Shown here in pieces: positions 1 through 11,192 of a stretch of DNA of 53,205 bases (the stretch's first letter is position 1; the number at the start of each line of letters is the position of its first letter). The position numbers and the translations under genes were made by a program. The DNA comes from Octopus sinensis (taxonomy: Eukaryota): contig NW_021831689.1 of assembly GCF_006345805.1 (NCBI RefSeq), forward strand, positions 1-53,205, read 5' to 3'. Below the pieces are notes generated by a model. The model saw only the letters and a program-made list of their open reading frames with translations. It searched no databases and was not told the origin of the DNA.

Positions 1-59
1 CGCCCGCCCGCCTCGCCTGTCGCCCGCCTCTCCGACTTCGCCTGTCTCTGTGGATCCTT

Positions 60-407
60 CCATCTGTCCTTCTGCAACGGCGCTTGCGGTGGTTTGGCCA
101 TGCATGTAGGCGTCCGGTGGGTGAACTGAGCTGTGATGTCCTTCTTCCAACTCCACTTCCAGCTGGCGGAAACGCACAGGCGGGCAGCTGAAGACCTGGG
201 TTACGACGATTAAGGAGGACCTCTCCGTGCTCACGGGTCCGCAGGTGGTCAGCCTGCGCCGATGGAACCGTGACTGGCTCGCTATCTCCAGTGAACTGGC
301 GCAGGACCGTCGTGCGTGGGCTGCCATGGTTCGTGATGCCTCGAGGGTGGTAGAAGAAGCCGAGTCAGCCCACCAGGGTGAATGTCGCCACAAGTACAAG
401 TAAGTAA
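60..407 (+). mobile_element. RTE-clade LINE 3' end (ORF C-terminus plus short repeat tail)
   Basis: Translates LQRRLRWFGHACRR...(1-nt frameshift)...KTWVTTIKEDL...WNRDWLAISSELAQDRRAWAAMVRDA...HKYK* (stop 401-403), ending in a CAAGTA/TAAG repeat tail. RWFGH and DRxxW are typical of RTE C-termini. Confidence 0.85.
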
Positions 408-560
408 TCCAAAATTATCCCTACTAGTATAACCCATATCTTACGCAAGCGATTTTTTTTTCAAATCAATGGCACAAATCAATGGCACAGCTCAAACACT
501 CACCGTTCACTACACGTATCCTATATAATCATTTCTACTATAAACACATTTTAGGGGAGG

Positions 561-731
561 GGTAAGTCGTTTATATCGACTCCGGTGCTCAACTAGTACT
601 TTATTTTATCAACCCCGAAAGGATGAAAGGCAAAGTTGATCTCGACGGAATTTGAACTCAGAACGTAAAGACAGGCGAAATGCCGTTAAGGCATTTTCCA
701 CGGCGTATTAACGGTTGTGCCAGCTCACCGC
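561..731 (-). mobile_element. SINE family A (GGCGGTGAGCTGGCA head, Deu/Nin-like core), diverged copy
   Basis: Similar to many other copies in the window; the reverse complement contains GTTCTGAGTTCAAATTCCG and CCTTTCATCCTTTCGGGGT. Confidence 0.8.
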
Positions 732-1400
732 TTTAATATCACATATAACCCATGAATAAAATGACACAACTCACTTCTGCATCATTGATATCCAGCATTG
801 CAGTACCAGCAGCTCACAATATACTCAGCTGCAACTCATTAATGTTATATAAATCACACACCCCATCTTATACACAATCGCCGTCTGATGCTGAAACGTA
901 ATCACCAGACAATAAAATATCTAATACATCATATATTGTACACAGCAGAAAAAGCATTAAAATAGCATGAGGAACATTGAAACCCTACAACAGCGCTAAA
1001 CTGATCTAGCTTACTAACGCAAATCTACACAGCCAAAAAATAATGTTGGACACTCTTCAGGCACACGAAGGCTGTTCGTAGACAAATATAGGAAGAAAGA
1101 AACCCAGTTTAAAACAATACAAGTTTATGTGGTGGTTTGTGTGGCCAAGCACTAAGCTTACCCGAAGGTTTCAAGTTCAATCCCCTCTAGAGGTAGCAAT
1201 TAAACAACAGCAGGAGGATAATACCTAGGAGTCACTACTTGGTGGGTTATGCTCTTTTAAAGTGTCAGGAACAAACGGACCGCAACGCTTCTCTGACAGG
1301 AGTTCTTCTTCTGAAGATTCCTCCTGCAATCCGCTAGCCTCGTAGCGAGTTTCCGGTTGCTATCGACAACAATTATTTCTTAAAAACAAATTCCAAAAAT

Positions 1401-1651
1401 AATTGCAGCGTGGAAGGTGTTTATAAGTCATTTAAGAAGCACACAAAACCGTTAGATTCACTTCAACATTTAAATTTAATTTGTCAAAATATTTTTGTCG
1501 TTTTGAGACCGCGACCTGTTAGTTTTGTCAGTGAACAGGTCGCAGTCTCAAGCGACGAAATATTTGACAATTAAATTTAAATGTTGAAGTGAATCTAACA
1601 GTTTTTTGTGTGTTTCTTAAATGGCTTATAAACTCCTTCCACGCTGCAATT
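1401..1651. repeat. Fold-back (inverted) duplication of a probable Penelope-like terminal repeat
   Basis: ~120-bp imperfect inverted arms starting AATTGCAGCGTGGAAGG; a third single copy lies at 3362-3500. PLE origin is inferred from the arrangement. Confidence 0.7.
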
Positions 1652-1958
1652 GTTTTCGTTCCCTCACACGATCTCGCTATGCAAGTACATCTCGCTATGC
1701 AAGTCACTCGCTATGCAAGTACATCTCCGAAATTCCAAAAACATAGCCTGAAAGGCTTGTGTTATAAGGTTAAAGAATATTTTTAAGTCGTTATGTTACA
1801 AAAATGTTATAAAATTTTGTGTATAGTAGCATTTTTCTAACATAACGACTTAAAATATATCTTTAACCTTATAACACAAGCCTTCTGTAGTTTTTCACTC
1901 TTTTTTTATTTTTATACATCCAGCCATTTGCTTTCACACACCAACACTCTCACCTATA

Positions 1959-2005
<47 letters not shown>

Positions 2006-2371
2006 CAGGGTGATTAAAAAATCTCCATACATAGGAAATTGTTTTTTATAAGGGACAGGTTATAAGATCCCCTAGATTCCCTGATCTGATCCCTCTTGAT
2101 TTCTATCTTTAGGATCATTTGAAAGGCATGGTGTATCGCGGAATGGTAAAAGACATAAATCATTTGAAAGAACGCATCACCAACTCCTTTGCACACGTAT
2201 CACCAGATGTGCTATTATTACGAGTTCACAATGAATGGGGTAAACGTATTGCAATGTGTATTCAAAACAATGGTAACCATAAATAGAGCCTCTTAAATGA
2301 AAAAAAAAAAAGAAACTGTTCTTATAAAAATATAAATTGTTCCTATGTATGGCGACTTTTGAATCACCCTG
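2006..2371 (+). mobile_element. Tc1/mariner-superfamily internally deleted transposon
   Basis: ~35-bp imperfect TIRs (CAGGGTGATT...CATACATAGGAA / TTCCTATGTATG...AATCACCCTG then TA). Internal remnant PRxPDLIPLDFYL*DHLKGMVY...HLKERI...CIQNNGNH is a transposase C-terminus. Confidence 0.85.
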
Positions 2372-2445
2372 TATGTATGTATGTATGTATGTATGTATGT
2401 ATGTATGTATGTATGTATGTATGTATGTATGTATGTATGTATGTA

Positions 2446-2482
<37 letters not shown>

Positions 2483-2545
2483 ATGTATGTGTGTGTGCGT
2501 GTATGTATGCATGTATGTATGTATGTATGTATGTATGTATGTATT
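2372..2545. repeat. (ATGT)n/(GT)n microsatellite
   Basis: Seen directly. Confidence 0.95.
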
Positions 2546-2755
2546 TGTGTATCTGTGTTTGTTCCCCCACCATCGCTTGACGACCGATGTTGGTGTGTTT
2601 ACGTCCCCGTAACTTAGCCGTTCGGCAAAAGAACCCGATAGAATAAGTACAAGGCTTACAGAGAGTAAGTCCTGGGGGGTCGATTTGTTCGACTAAAAGA
2701 GGTGCTCCAGCATGACTGCAGTCAAATAACTGAGACAAGTAAAAGAATGGAAGAA
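2546..2755 (+). mobile_element. SINE family B, 3' module only
   Basis: TGTTTACGTCCCCGTAACTTAG..GTTCGGCAAAAG...GGTGCTCCAGCATG module, recurring many times in the window. Confidence 0.8.
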
Positions 2756-2950
2756 AAGAAAAAAGCTATTTAATCTTTTAATCTATTATAGATGAACTGG
2801 AGTATGTTGCAAGGGATTTGCATAAATGCTTGGAAATTCTGGGGCTTTCCAAGAAGGGGAAAAACAAACTGTTTCGTTTTGATGATTCCACGAAACTTTC
2901 TAATTATTCTCTCTAGTATTAACTTTTAAGGAGACGGGAGTGAGAACTGT

Positions 2951-3360
2951 ATCTTCATCATCATTGTTCGACCGTGGTCAAGACAATGGAATTTACCATG
3001 CTACACCAGACTTCACGGTCCATCATAGCATTACGGAGGTCCTGTCGCTGGATGCTTGTATCCCTGGAGATTACATCAGGGTAGGAGAGTGTGCGCCCTC
3101 TGGTATTGCGAGTAGATGGCTTCCAGAGGAGAAGAGTAGAAATTACCTCGTTTTCAGCTCTACAACAATATCCAGCAAACTGGACTCTCCTACCTTTCAC
3201 AAGAGATCATACAGGTGGTAATTTCCCATATATTTGTACTTTGGTTGGATGCCGTTTCCACGAGAGATTTTGAGCTCTCATAAGGAGAACTGTATTCTTT
3301 GCATGGCTCTCTTCATGGATCTTCTGGTTTAAGTGGATACAATATTTCATCGTTTTATCT
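2951..3360 (-). mobile_element. RTE-like LINE 3' fragment (second family)
   Basis: Minus-strand translation LLMRAQNLSWKRHPTKVQIYGKLPPV*SLVKGRRVQFAGYCCRAE...LLLWKPS...RGRTLSYPDVISRDT...MMDREVW..., ending in a (TGA)n tail. Confidence 0.8.
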
Positions 3361-3524
3361 TTTAATTGCAGCATGGAAGGTGTTTGTAAGCCAATTAAGA
3401 AAACACGAAAACCGTGAGTTTTCACTTCAATATTTAAATTCAATTTGTGTCAAAATATTTTCGTCGCTTTGAAACCACGACCTGTTTGCTGACAAAATTC
3501 CGTGCTGCATCTGAGAAAGTAATA

Positions 3525-4140
3525 GTATGTATGTATGTATGTATGTATGTATGTATGTATGTATGTATGTATGTATGTATGTATGTATGTATGTATGTAT
3601 GTATGTATGTATGTATGTATGTATGTATGTATTTATGTATGTATGTATTTATATATGTATGTATGTATTTATGTATGTATGTATGTATGTATGTAGGTAT
3701 GTATGTATGTATGTATGAATGTATGTATGTATGTATTTATGTATGTATGTATTTATGTATGTATGTGTGTGTATGTATGTATGTATGTATGTGTGCATGT
3801 GTGTATGTGTGCTTGTATGTATGTATGTATGTATGTATGTATGTATGTATGTATGTATGTATTTATGTATGTAGTATTTATGTATTTATATATGTATGTG
3901 TGTATTTACATATGTATGTATTTATGTATGTATTTATGTATGTATTTATGTATGTATGTATGTACGTATGCATGTATGCATGCATGTATGTATGTGTGTA
4001 CGTATGCATATGTGTGTATATGTGTATGCAAGTATATAGCGTATATGTATGTATGTACGCATTTACGTATGTGTGTAAACGTGTCTGCGTGTGTGTGTAT
4101 ATGTGTATGTACATGTATGCGTATGTTTATGTACTGATAT
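3525..4140. repeat. (ATGT)n microsatellite, degenerating at the 3' end
   Basis: Seen directly; source of spurious MYVC ORFs. Confidence 0.95.
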
Positions 4141-4828
4141 GCGTGTCTATTCAAGTATATATATAGCTGTTACTCTGTTGAAGGTTGTATATATACATGT
4201 TCCTTTCACCTCCGTCTAACGGTGAATAGATACATACATGCAAAATTAAACCTGCCTATACAACTATACAATCACACACACTCATGTCAACACGTATACA
4301 CATATTTTTGTATATAATCTTACAGTTTACACATATATCAGTTTATCCATTTTCACAGACAACTTTCTTTTTCTTTTTTTTCGTCTTTTTTCGTATTTTA
4401 CTTAGACATGTGCATATATATGTGCATACATACATGCATACATACATACATACATACATACATACATACATACACACACAATATATATATATATATATAT
4501 ATTGATAAAACGGTAAGATAACAAAAGAAAGAAAGAGACCTCAATATTATGTAAATAGAGGAAATTTATCTATACAATATGTTACATTACTCGGTAGTCA
4601 AGATAAAACTCTGAGTTTCAGATGCCGAAGTGGAAATCCACAACACCATCTCTTCGGTTATCTGGCTATTTGAAAACGTTATGAAAAAATACCGTTAAAA
4701 ATGAAGGGAAATTACTCTGTTATACTTATACATCGCTCGCATTTTTCGTCATAAAAATTATATAAAAATACAAAAAAATATATAAAAATATATAAAATCT
4801 TCTTGGGACATAACACAGAAAGCATGTT

Positions 4829-5540
4829 CTATCCGTTTTCTTTAGGGGACAAAAAACGTAACAGAAATTTAGTCACATGTGGGCATGATCCGAAAAGCTC
4901 TGTCCTTGTATTTAGACATGTGGTAGGGTCTAAGCTGCTTTTCCAGATAAGCCATCTCTCCATGTCGCATAAACCGCACCTTCCGCTTGCCGTTAGTATA
5001 GGGTTTACATCTGGCCAAAATCTTCCATTGTATGTTATAATCGACACCTTTATCTCTTAAAGACCAAATATGATTGGATAATTGTGTCGCTTTTCTTTTG
5101 TTCCAGTGCCTAAAGCTCAAAGTGTGGTTATTGAACCTGGCCTTGAAATTACCCCTGTGTCAGGCCCACGTATTTCTTCGTCGAAACGGTGTCTTTAGTG
5201 GTTATAGAGTTTACGGTAGCTTCATATATGATGGTCTTGGACATGCAAGCTCCATTTAGCGGGCACAATTCTTATTCCTGCATGAACAGCTTTTCTTTGT
5301 GTTTTTTGTATGTTATGACTGATTATGTTTTTAAAATTGGTAGTTGAACTAAAACTAATTTTTAAATTGTGTCTATTGAAGAGTTCCTATAAGCATGGTT
5401 AACTGGAAATGTCTATCTATCAGTGCTAGGAAATATTTACCTATATTGAAGGCCACCTCGGGTGAGTAAGGGGGCGTAAAACAGATGACTTCCTATTTCT
5501 ATTATTCCTTTTCCTTATTGTTGGGCTGGTGATAGGTGTA
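4829..5540 (-). mobile_element. Penelope-like retroelement remnant, Naiad-like (RT thumb, linker, GIY-YIG)
   Basis: Frameshifted translation VICFTPPYSPEVAFNIGKYFLALIDRHF...CSCRNKN(L)CPLNGACMSKTIIYEA...KKYVGLT...FKARFNNH..SFRH...QLSNHIWSL...CGLC...TELFGSCPH. The CxCx5Cx5C linker is characteristic of Naiad-type PLEs. Confidence 0.8.
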
Positions 5541-5566
5541 TATTTTATATGTAAATTATATATATG

Positions 5567-5615
<49 letters not shown>

Positions 5616-5624
5616 TATATTATA

Positions 5625-5659
<35 letters not shown>

Positions 5660-5874
5660 ACATATATATGCACACATACCCATACGTAATTGCACATACG
5701 CACTCATACACACATACTCACATACATACACACACAAGCTAAAATACACATACATTTACACATACGTAAATACATGTTAATCTATGTACACTCATACAAC
5801 TATATATATAAATACATATATATATTTCAGTATCATGCATCTCAACATGTATGTATGGATTTCTACATGTAAAT

Positions 5875-6960
5875 GAGAGAAAGGGGTGATTATAGATGGG
5901 TACTTCTGAGTGGAATCTGGGTGTTACCCCATTCGGATTTACGGTTGAGGTTGGGTTTGTATTCCCGTATACAGACAGCTTCGGTGACTTGTCTCAGCAT
6001 TGCATCAGTGGGATGTGTAGATAGGATGTCTAACCTAAGTCTCACAAAGGAGAATTGTGGCAGTCTGCAGCATGCTAATAGAAGATGGATTTTTTTTCTT
6101 TTTCAGTGTAGGTTTTCTTTCAACCTATCATTGATGCTCTTGGAAGTTTCACCAATATATGACTCTGGGATAATCCCACAAGTCCCTTCTTGGCACTTAA
6201 TCTCTCTATAATATAAACGGCAAAATGTCTGTCTGTGTGTGTGTCCTTTATGCAAATCCACAATTTTTTTTCAGTTAGAGGGCTCGCACTTTCTATGGTC
6301 ATTCAAAACCGTCCAAGGGTGGTCGTGCACATCTTTACATTTCCCCAGTCACTCCGCAAAGCCATTAAAAAATCAATAGAAGTGACTTTTTTGTGAATTG
6401 TCTATCCAAAACCCAATCAAAATGCCCGAAACATGATACGCCAATTGTATGCCAGCTAGCTGTATGTGATTGGTCGGAGATTTGGACAGTACTCGCGTGT
6501 ATGTGCGCACGCACGCAGCTGTATATACATGCACTAGCACTATGACCCGACGTTGCTGGGTCATAGTGCTAGTCTGGTATACAGTATTTTTCTTCTTGCA
6601 GTTCATATGTGGGTTTGAAGAACATACTGCACAATTATTCTGACACGTGATTCTATCAAATGGGTATGATTTACTTACTAGATCTTTTCAATCGGGTAGT
6701 CACACTCATTAATTAATTAGTTGTAGAAAAGACAGGTAGGACTATCAAATCTTCTTAAGATTTGATAGTCCTACCTGTCTTTTCTACAACTTTAATCTTA
6801 AGGTCAGTTGTGCGTAGGATTTTCTTAAATGCCCTACTTAACTCATTCATAGGTGAAGCGTCGTTGTCATACTAAATATTATTTCTATTTCTTTTGTTGG
6901 TGTCTCTCTCCAACCTGTTTCAGTCAATTTACTGCGATGATGGTTGGTGCACCATCTTGA
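5875..6960 (-). mobile_element. Penelope-like retroelement remnant, Neptune-like GIY-YIG region, interrupted by a Helitron and an inverted duplication
   Basis: Translation KIKVVEKTGRTIK...SYPFDRITCQNNCAVCSSNPHMNCKKKNTVYQ|IKCQEGTCG...YIGETSKSINDRLKE...DAMLRQVTEAVCIREYKPNLNRKSEW. Confidence 0.8.
6201..6572 (+). mobile_element. Non-autonomous Helitron (372 bp)
   Basis: 5' TC, 3' CTAG with a terminal hairpin, inserted between A and T with no TSD. Removing it restores the PLE frame VYQIKC. Confidence 0.9.
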
Positions 6961-6970
6961 AGAATTTCAG

Positions 6971-7389
6971 GGATATTTTCCGTTTGAACGGCAGTTTTCT
7001 AGCGGTGTCATATGAAATTGTCACCCATAATTATGACCCTAGTATCGATCTATTGCATTTAAATCTGTTTTAGGGTTAGGGTTAGAGGTTGTGGGGGAGG
7101 GTATCTTTTTTCTTCACAAATGTAAATAAACCCAATCTGTTTCTTAAACGAGGGGCATATTCATACGGCACAGAATGTTTTCTTTTTACCTCAATAGACG
7201 TCATTGATTGGTTGAAATTGCAGAAATTGAAGAAAAAATAACAACAAATATCTTACAAACTATAGAATTTTCTCAATAAAGCCAAGAGAAAACGATCTTT
7301 TATAAACACATTCTACCAGTATACGAAGTTTAAAATTTTTTAGTTATCTAGAAATTATGTAAAAACTGCCGTTCAAACCGAAAAGGTCC
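6971..7389 (+). mobile_element. TIR MITE with internal telomeric repeats, copy 1 (Merlin-like)
   Basis: ~28-bp TIR (consensus GGATCTTTTCGGTTTGAACGGCAGTTTT), 8-bp TSD AATTTCAG, TTAGGG tract near 7073-7090. Confidence 0.9.
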
Positions 7390-7399
7390 AATTTCAGAT

Positions 7400-7700
7400 A
7401 AATGAATCGATCCAAGTACTTTTTAAAAATCTTGGTACTTATTCTATCGATATATTGTGTCGAACCGCTCAATTACGGGAACATAAACACACCAAAACTG
7501 GTTGTCAAGCGGCTTTGGGAGACAAAACACACACACACACACACATCCGACGGGTTTCTTTCAGTTTCCATCTACCAAATCCACTCACAAGGCTTTCGTG
7601 CGCCCGAGGTTATAGTAGAAAACACTTGCCCAAGTTACTATGCAGTGGGGCTGAACCCAAAACCATGTGGCTGGGAAGCAAGTTTCTTAGCATATAGCCA
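7400..7700 (-). mobile_element. SINE family B (CORE-like head, microsatellite, 3' module), diverged
   Basis: Similar to copies at 8533-8924 and 51010-51522. Confidence 0.75.
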
Positions 7701-8069
7701 ATCTGTTATTTTTGGTGCTACTCTTTAGAAGAACTCTGTCAAGAAGAAGATTGATCAAATCGTCTTGGGGACATATTTTCTGAACATCTTACGAGAGTGG
7801 TGAAAGTCTAATTACGTTAATTAACGCACAATAGGTTTGTGGAAAGGTGTATAGGTATCTATTTCTTAACCAAGAGATGCAGTAAAGTCATAAAAAGTTT
7901 AAAAAAAAAAATTAAAATCTTCGAGAGAACGTGAAATAATTAATATCTAACGGTTGAACTCGAAGTTGATAATGCTATTAATAAATGCGTGAAGATATTT
8001 GGTTTAAAAATCCTTTTGACAAAAAAAAATGGAAGTCTGCGATATTTTTCTATCCTACATGTACTTCAT

Positions 8070-8147
8070 GTTCAACGGATATATACATACATACATACAT
8101 ACATTCATGCATACATACATACATACATACATACATACATACATACA

Positions 8148-8213
<66 letters not shown>

Positions 8214-8365
8214 TATAATCACATAATTATATACATATATATACTTATATGATTATAGATAATTATATATATATGCTTAGACACATACATACATACATAC
8301 ATACATACATACATACATACATACATACATACATACATACGTACATACATACATATACATACATA
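8070..8365. repeat. (ATAC)n/(TA)n microsatellites
   Basis: Seen directly. Confidence 0.95.
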
Positions 8366-8532
8366 CTTATAGTTTATAAATTCGAGACTGGTATTCTCAG
8401 TATAGAATACACTTCGTAGTGCTCAAGAGATTTAAACTTGAGCAGGCAGAGGAGTAAATGTAAGGCAAAGCAAGTTAGCCAAGTAAATATACAAAATATA
8501 TTGAATACATTCAATACAAAGAACGTACATAT

Positions 8533-8924
8533 ACTCTTTTACTCTTTTACTCTTTTACTTGTTTCAGTCATTTGACTGCGGCCATGCTGGAGCACCGCCT
8601 TTAATCGAGCAACTCGACCCCGGGACTTATTCTTTTGTAAGCCCAATACTTATTCTATCGGTCTCTTTTGCCGAACCGCTAAGTTACGGTGACATAAACA
8701 CAAGCGATGTTGGGAGGACAAACACAGACCCACAAACACATATATACATATACATATATACGACGGGCTTCTTTCAGTTTCCGTCTACCAAATCCACTCA
8801 CAAGGCTTTGGTCGGCCCGAGGCTATAGTAGAAGACACTTGCCCAAGGTGCCATGCAGTGGGACTGAACCCGGAACCATGTGGTTGGTAAACAAGCTACT
8901 TACCACACAGACACTCCTGCGCCT
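8533..8924 (-). mobile_element. SINE family B, full composite copy
   Basis: tRNA-like head (GGCGCAGGAGTG..TGTGTGGTAAG...GGTTCCGGGTTCAGTCCC), GGCACCTTGGGCAAG core, microsatellite, 3' module and (GTAAAAGA)n tail. Confidence 0.9.
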
Positions 8925-8940
8925 ATATGTATATATATGT

Positions 8941-9466
8941 ATACATATAAAAGAAGTCCGACTTACGCAGAATGTAAATGATATCACGAATTAAGGGGAT
9001 TGATTGATTAGGAGTCATAGATGTCTTGCAAACAACTTGCACATGCAAGTGCTACCAGTCAAAAAGCTCCGTATACCGGAAGCCAGCAAGTGTATGGGGT
9101 CATCAGGAGAGAGTTGGCGCCGTTTCGGGGCCTACCTCTCGACGGCATCAATGCGCACCGGCCCCTCTCACTGATATGAGGCCCCGCCTGCTAGATCAGC
9201 TGGTTATATCAGGAATTAAGGGGATTGATTGAGTAGGAGTCATAGTATAAGGCTGAAATAATTTATCTCCTTAATAAGAGATCCATGTTTATATCCCTTG
9301 GTGGGATCGCGATATTTTTTGTAGACATTCCCAAGAATTTCTTATCTATGAGTATTATCTATATGTAGTGCTCGGCCGAGCAAAAGGTATTAGGTGGGGA
9401 GTCTCAACCCCCTTAATTCCTGATGTCATTTCCATTCTGTGCAAGTCGGACTTCTTTTATATGTAT
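8941..9466. mobile_element. Non-autonomous TIR element with ~57-bp TIRs and an internal repeat of the inner TIR
   Basis: 8941-8998 is the near-perfect reverse complement of 9409-9466; 8987-9020 is repeated directly at 9212-9245. Superfamily not assignable. Confidence 0.7.
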
Positions 9467-9539
9467 GTATATGTACGTTCTTTGTATTGAATGTATTTAA
9501 CATTTTTTTTATATCGACTTCATCAACTTGCTCGTCCTT

Positions 9540-9910
9540 ACGTTTACATTCATACACACGTACATGCATACATGCATTCATACATACATAAATACATACA
9601 TACACACACACTGATACATACATACATACATACATACATACATACATACATACATACATACATAAATACATACATACACACATTACATACAGACATACAG
9701 ACATATACACATATACATACATACATACGTACATACATACATACATACATTCAGACAGACAGACAGACATACATACAGACATACACACATATACATACAT
9801 ACATACATACATACATACATACATACATACATACATACACACATATACATACATACATACATACATACATACATACATACATACATACATACATACATAC
9901 ATACATACGT
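9540..9910. repeat. (ATAC)n microsatellite
   Basis: Seen directly. Confidence 0.95.
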
Positions 9911-10139
9911 GTGTGTGTAAAATACACATTCAGACACAAGCTCGCACGCACAGACACATATTTAAACACGAAACTTTTAATTTCCCACGTTCATTGGTAT
10001 GCACGCAGTTACACTAAGCACCATTAATTAATACGTTGTACTACATTAATATCTAGATAATTATAAAGCTGTAAATAGTGTAAGAGTAAAGATGCCAGAG
10101 ATAATAGTGTTTGAAATCCGTTGAAACTTCTTTACTTAC

Positions 10140-10256
10140 TTCTTAACAAGAAAGCTGGTCTGGTTTGCGTAGGAAAGCTCAGAGTTGTTAGATGGAACTA
10201 GTGCTGCATCAATTCTTAATTGGTTTGCAAGATTGTTATCTCCAAGTAGTTCTTGG
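10140..10256 (-). CDS. Candidate internal exon of a host gene (phase 2-2, 117 bp), possibly part of an FN3 domain
   Basis: Pyrimidine-rich acceptor ...TTTAG, donor GTAAGT, open frame QELLGDNNLANQLRIDAALVPSNNSELSYANQTSFLVK. The NQTSFLVK end resembles an FN3 E-strand. Confidence 0.45.
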
Positions 10257-10626
10257 CTAAATTTAAAGTTAAGAAAAACTTGTTACATCAATATGTGGCA
10301 GAATTCGTTGCTGTAAATTTTCAATGCATGATACTTCAAAAGTGTGGATATTTTCATATCTAGATAGGATTTATAAAACCACAAAATATATAAACTATTA
10401 AATCTGGATATCAAAGCATTATCCAATTTGAATTTCAGAGCATTATCCGATTGAATCCACAAGAGTTGCAAAGAATCAATAGTTAGCATTCACTGGTATT
10501 ATAGCAAATGGAATTTCACATATTCGTTTAAGCCCAACCTTGTTGGAATTTGATCTGAAGACTGAAGCATTCTGAAATATAATCCCACCACGGGTCCTGG
10601 TTTTTGTTATTTCAGTCTTTTGTTAT

Positions 10627-11039
10627 TTCTATTTCTTTACTACCCACAAGGGTCTAAACACAGAGGGGAGAAACAAGGACAGACAAAGGGATTAAGTCGA
10701 TTACATCGACCCCAGTGCGTAATTGGTACTTAATTTATCGACCCCGAAAGGATGAAAGGCAAAGTCGACTTCGGCGGAATTTGAACTCAGAACGCAGCGG
10801 CAGACGAAATACCTATTTCTTAACTACCCACAAGGGGCTAAACACAGACAAACAAGGACAGACAAACGGATTAAGTCGATTACATCGACCCCAGTGCGTA
10901 ACTGGAACTTATTTAATCGACCCCGAAAGGATGAAAGGCAAAGTCGACCTCTGCGGAATTTGAACTCAGAACGTAACGGCAGACGGAATACGGCTACGCA
11001 TTTCGCCCGGCGTGCTAACGTTTCTGCCAGCTCACCGCC
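10627..11039 (-). mobile_element. SINE family A head plus two tandem bodies (dimer)
   Basis: On the element strand the junction reads AAGAAATAG|GTATTTCGTCTGCC, near 10812. Confidence 0.9.
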
Positions 11040-11192
11040 TTCAGTCTTTATTTTAATTCATTATATTTTTCATTTGTTACTAACAATTGCAGCTCTTGAT
11101 CTTGTAAAGAAGGGAGATAATAACTTGATTTAGCTCTGGCAATTCAAAACTTTCATAATTTATGTTGCATAGTGAAACAGACTAAATCATAC

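Noticed and set aside
876-900. CTGATGCTGAAACGTA hammerhead-like fragment
   Set aside because: Incomplete core and no stem II.
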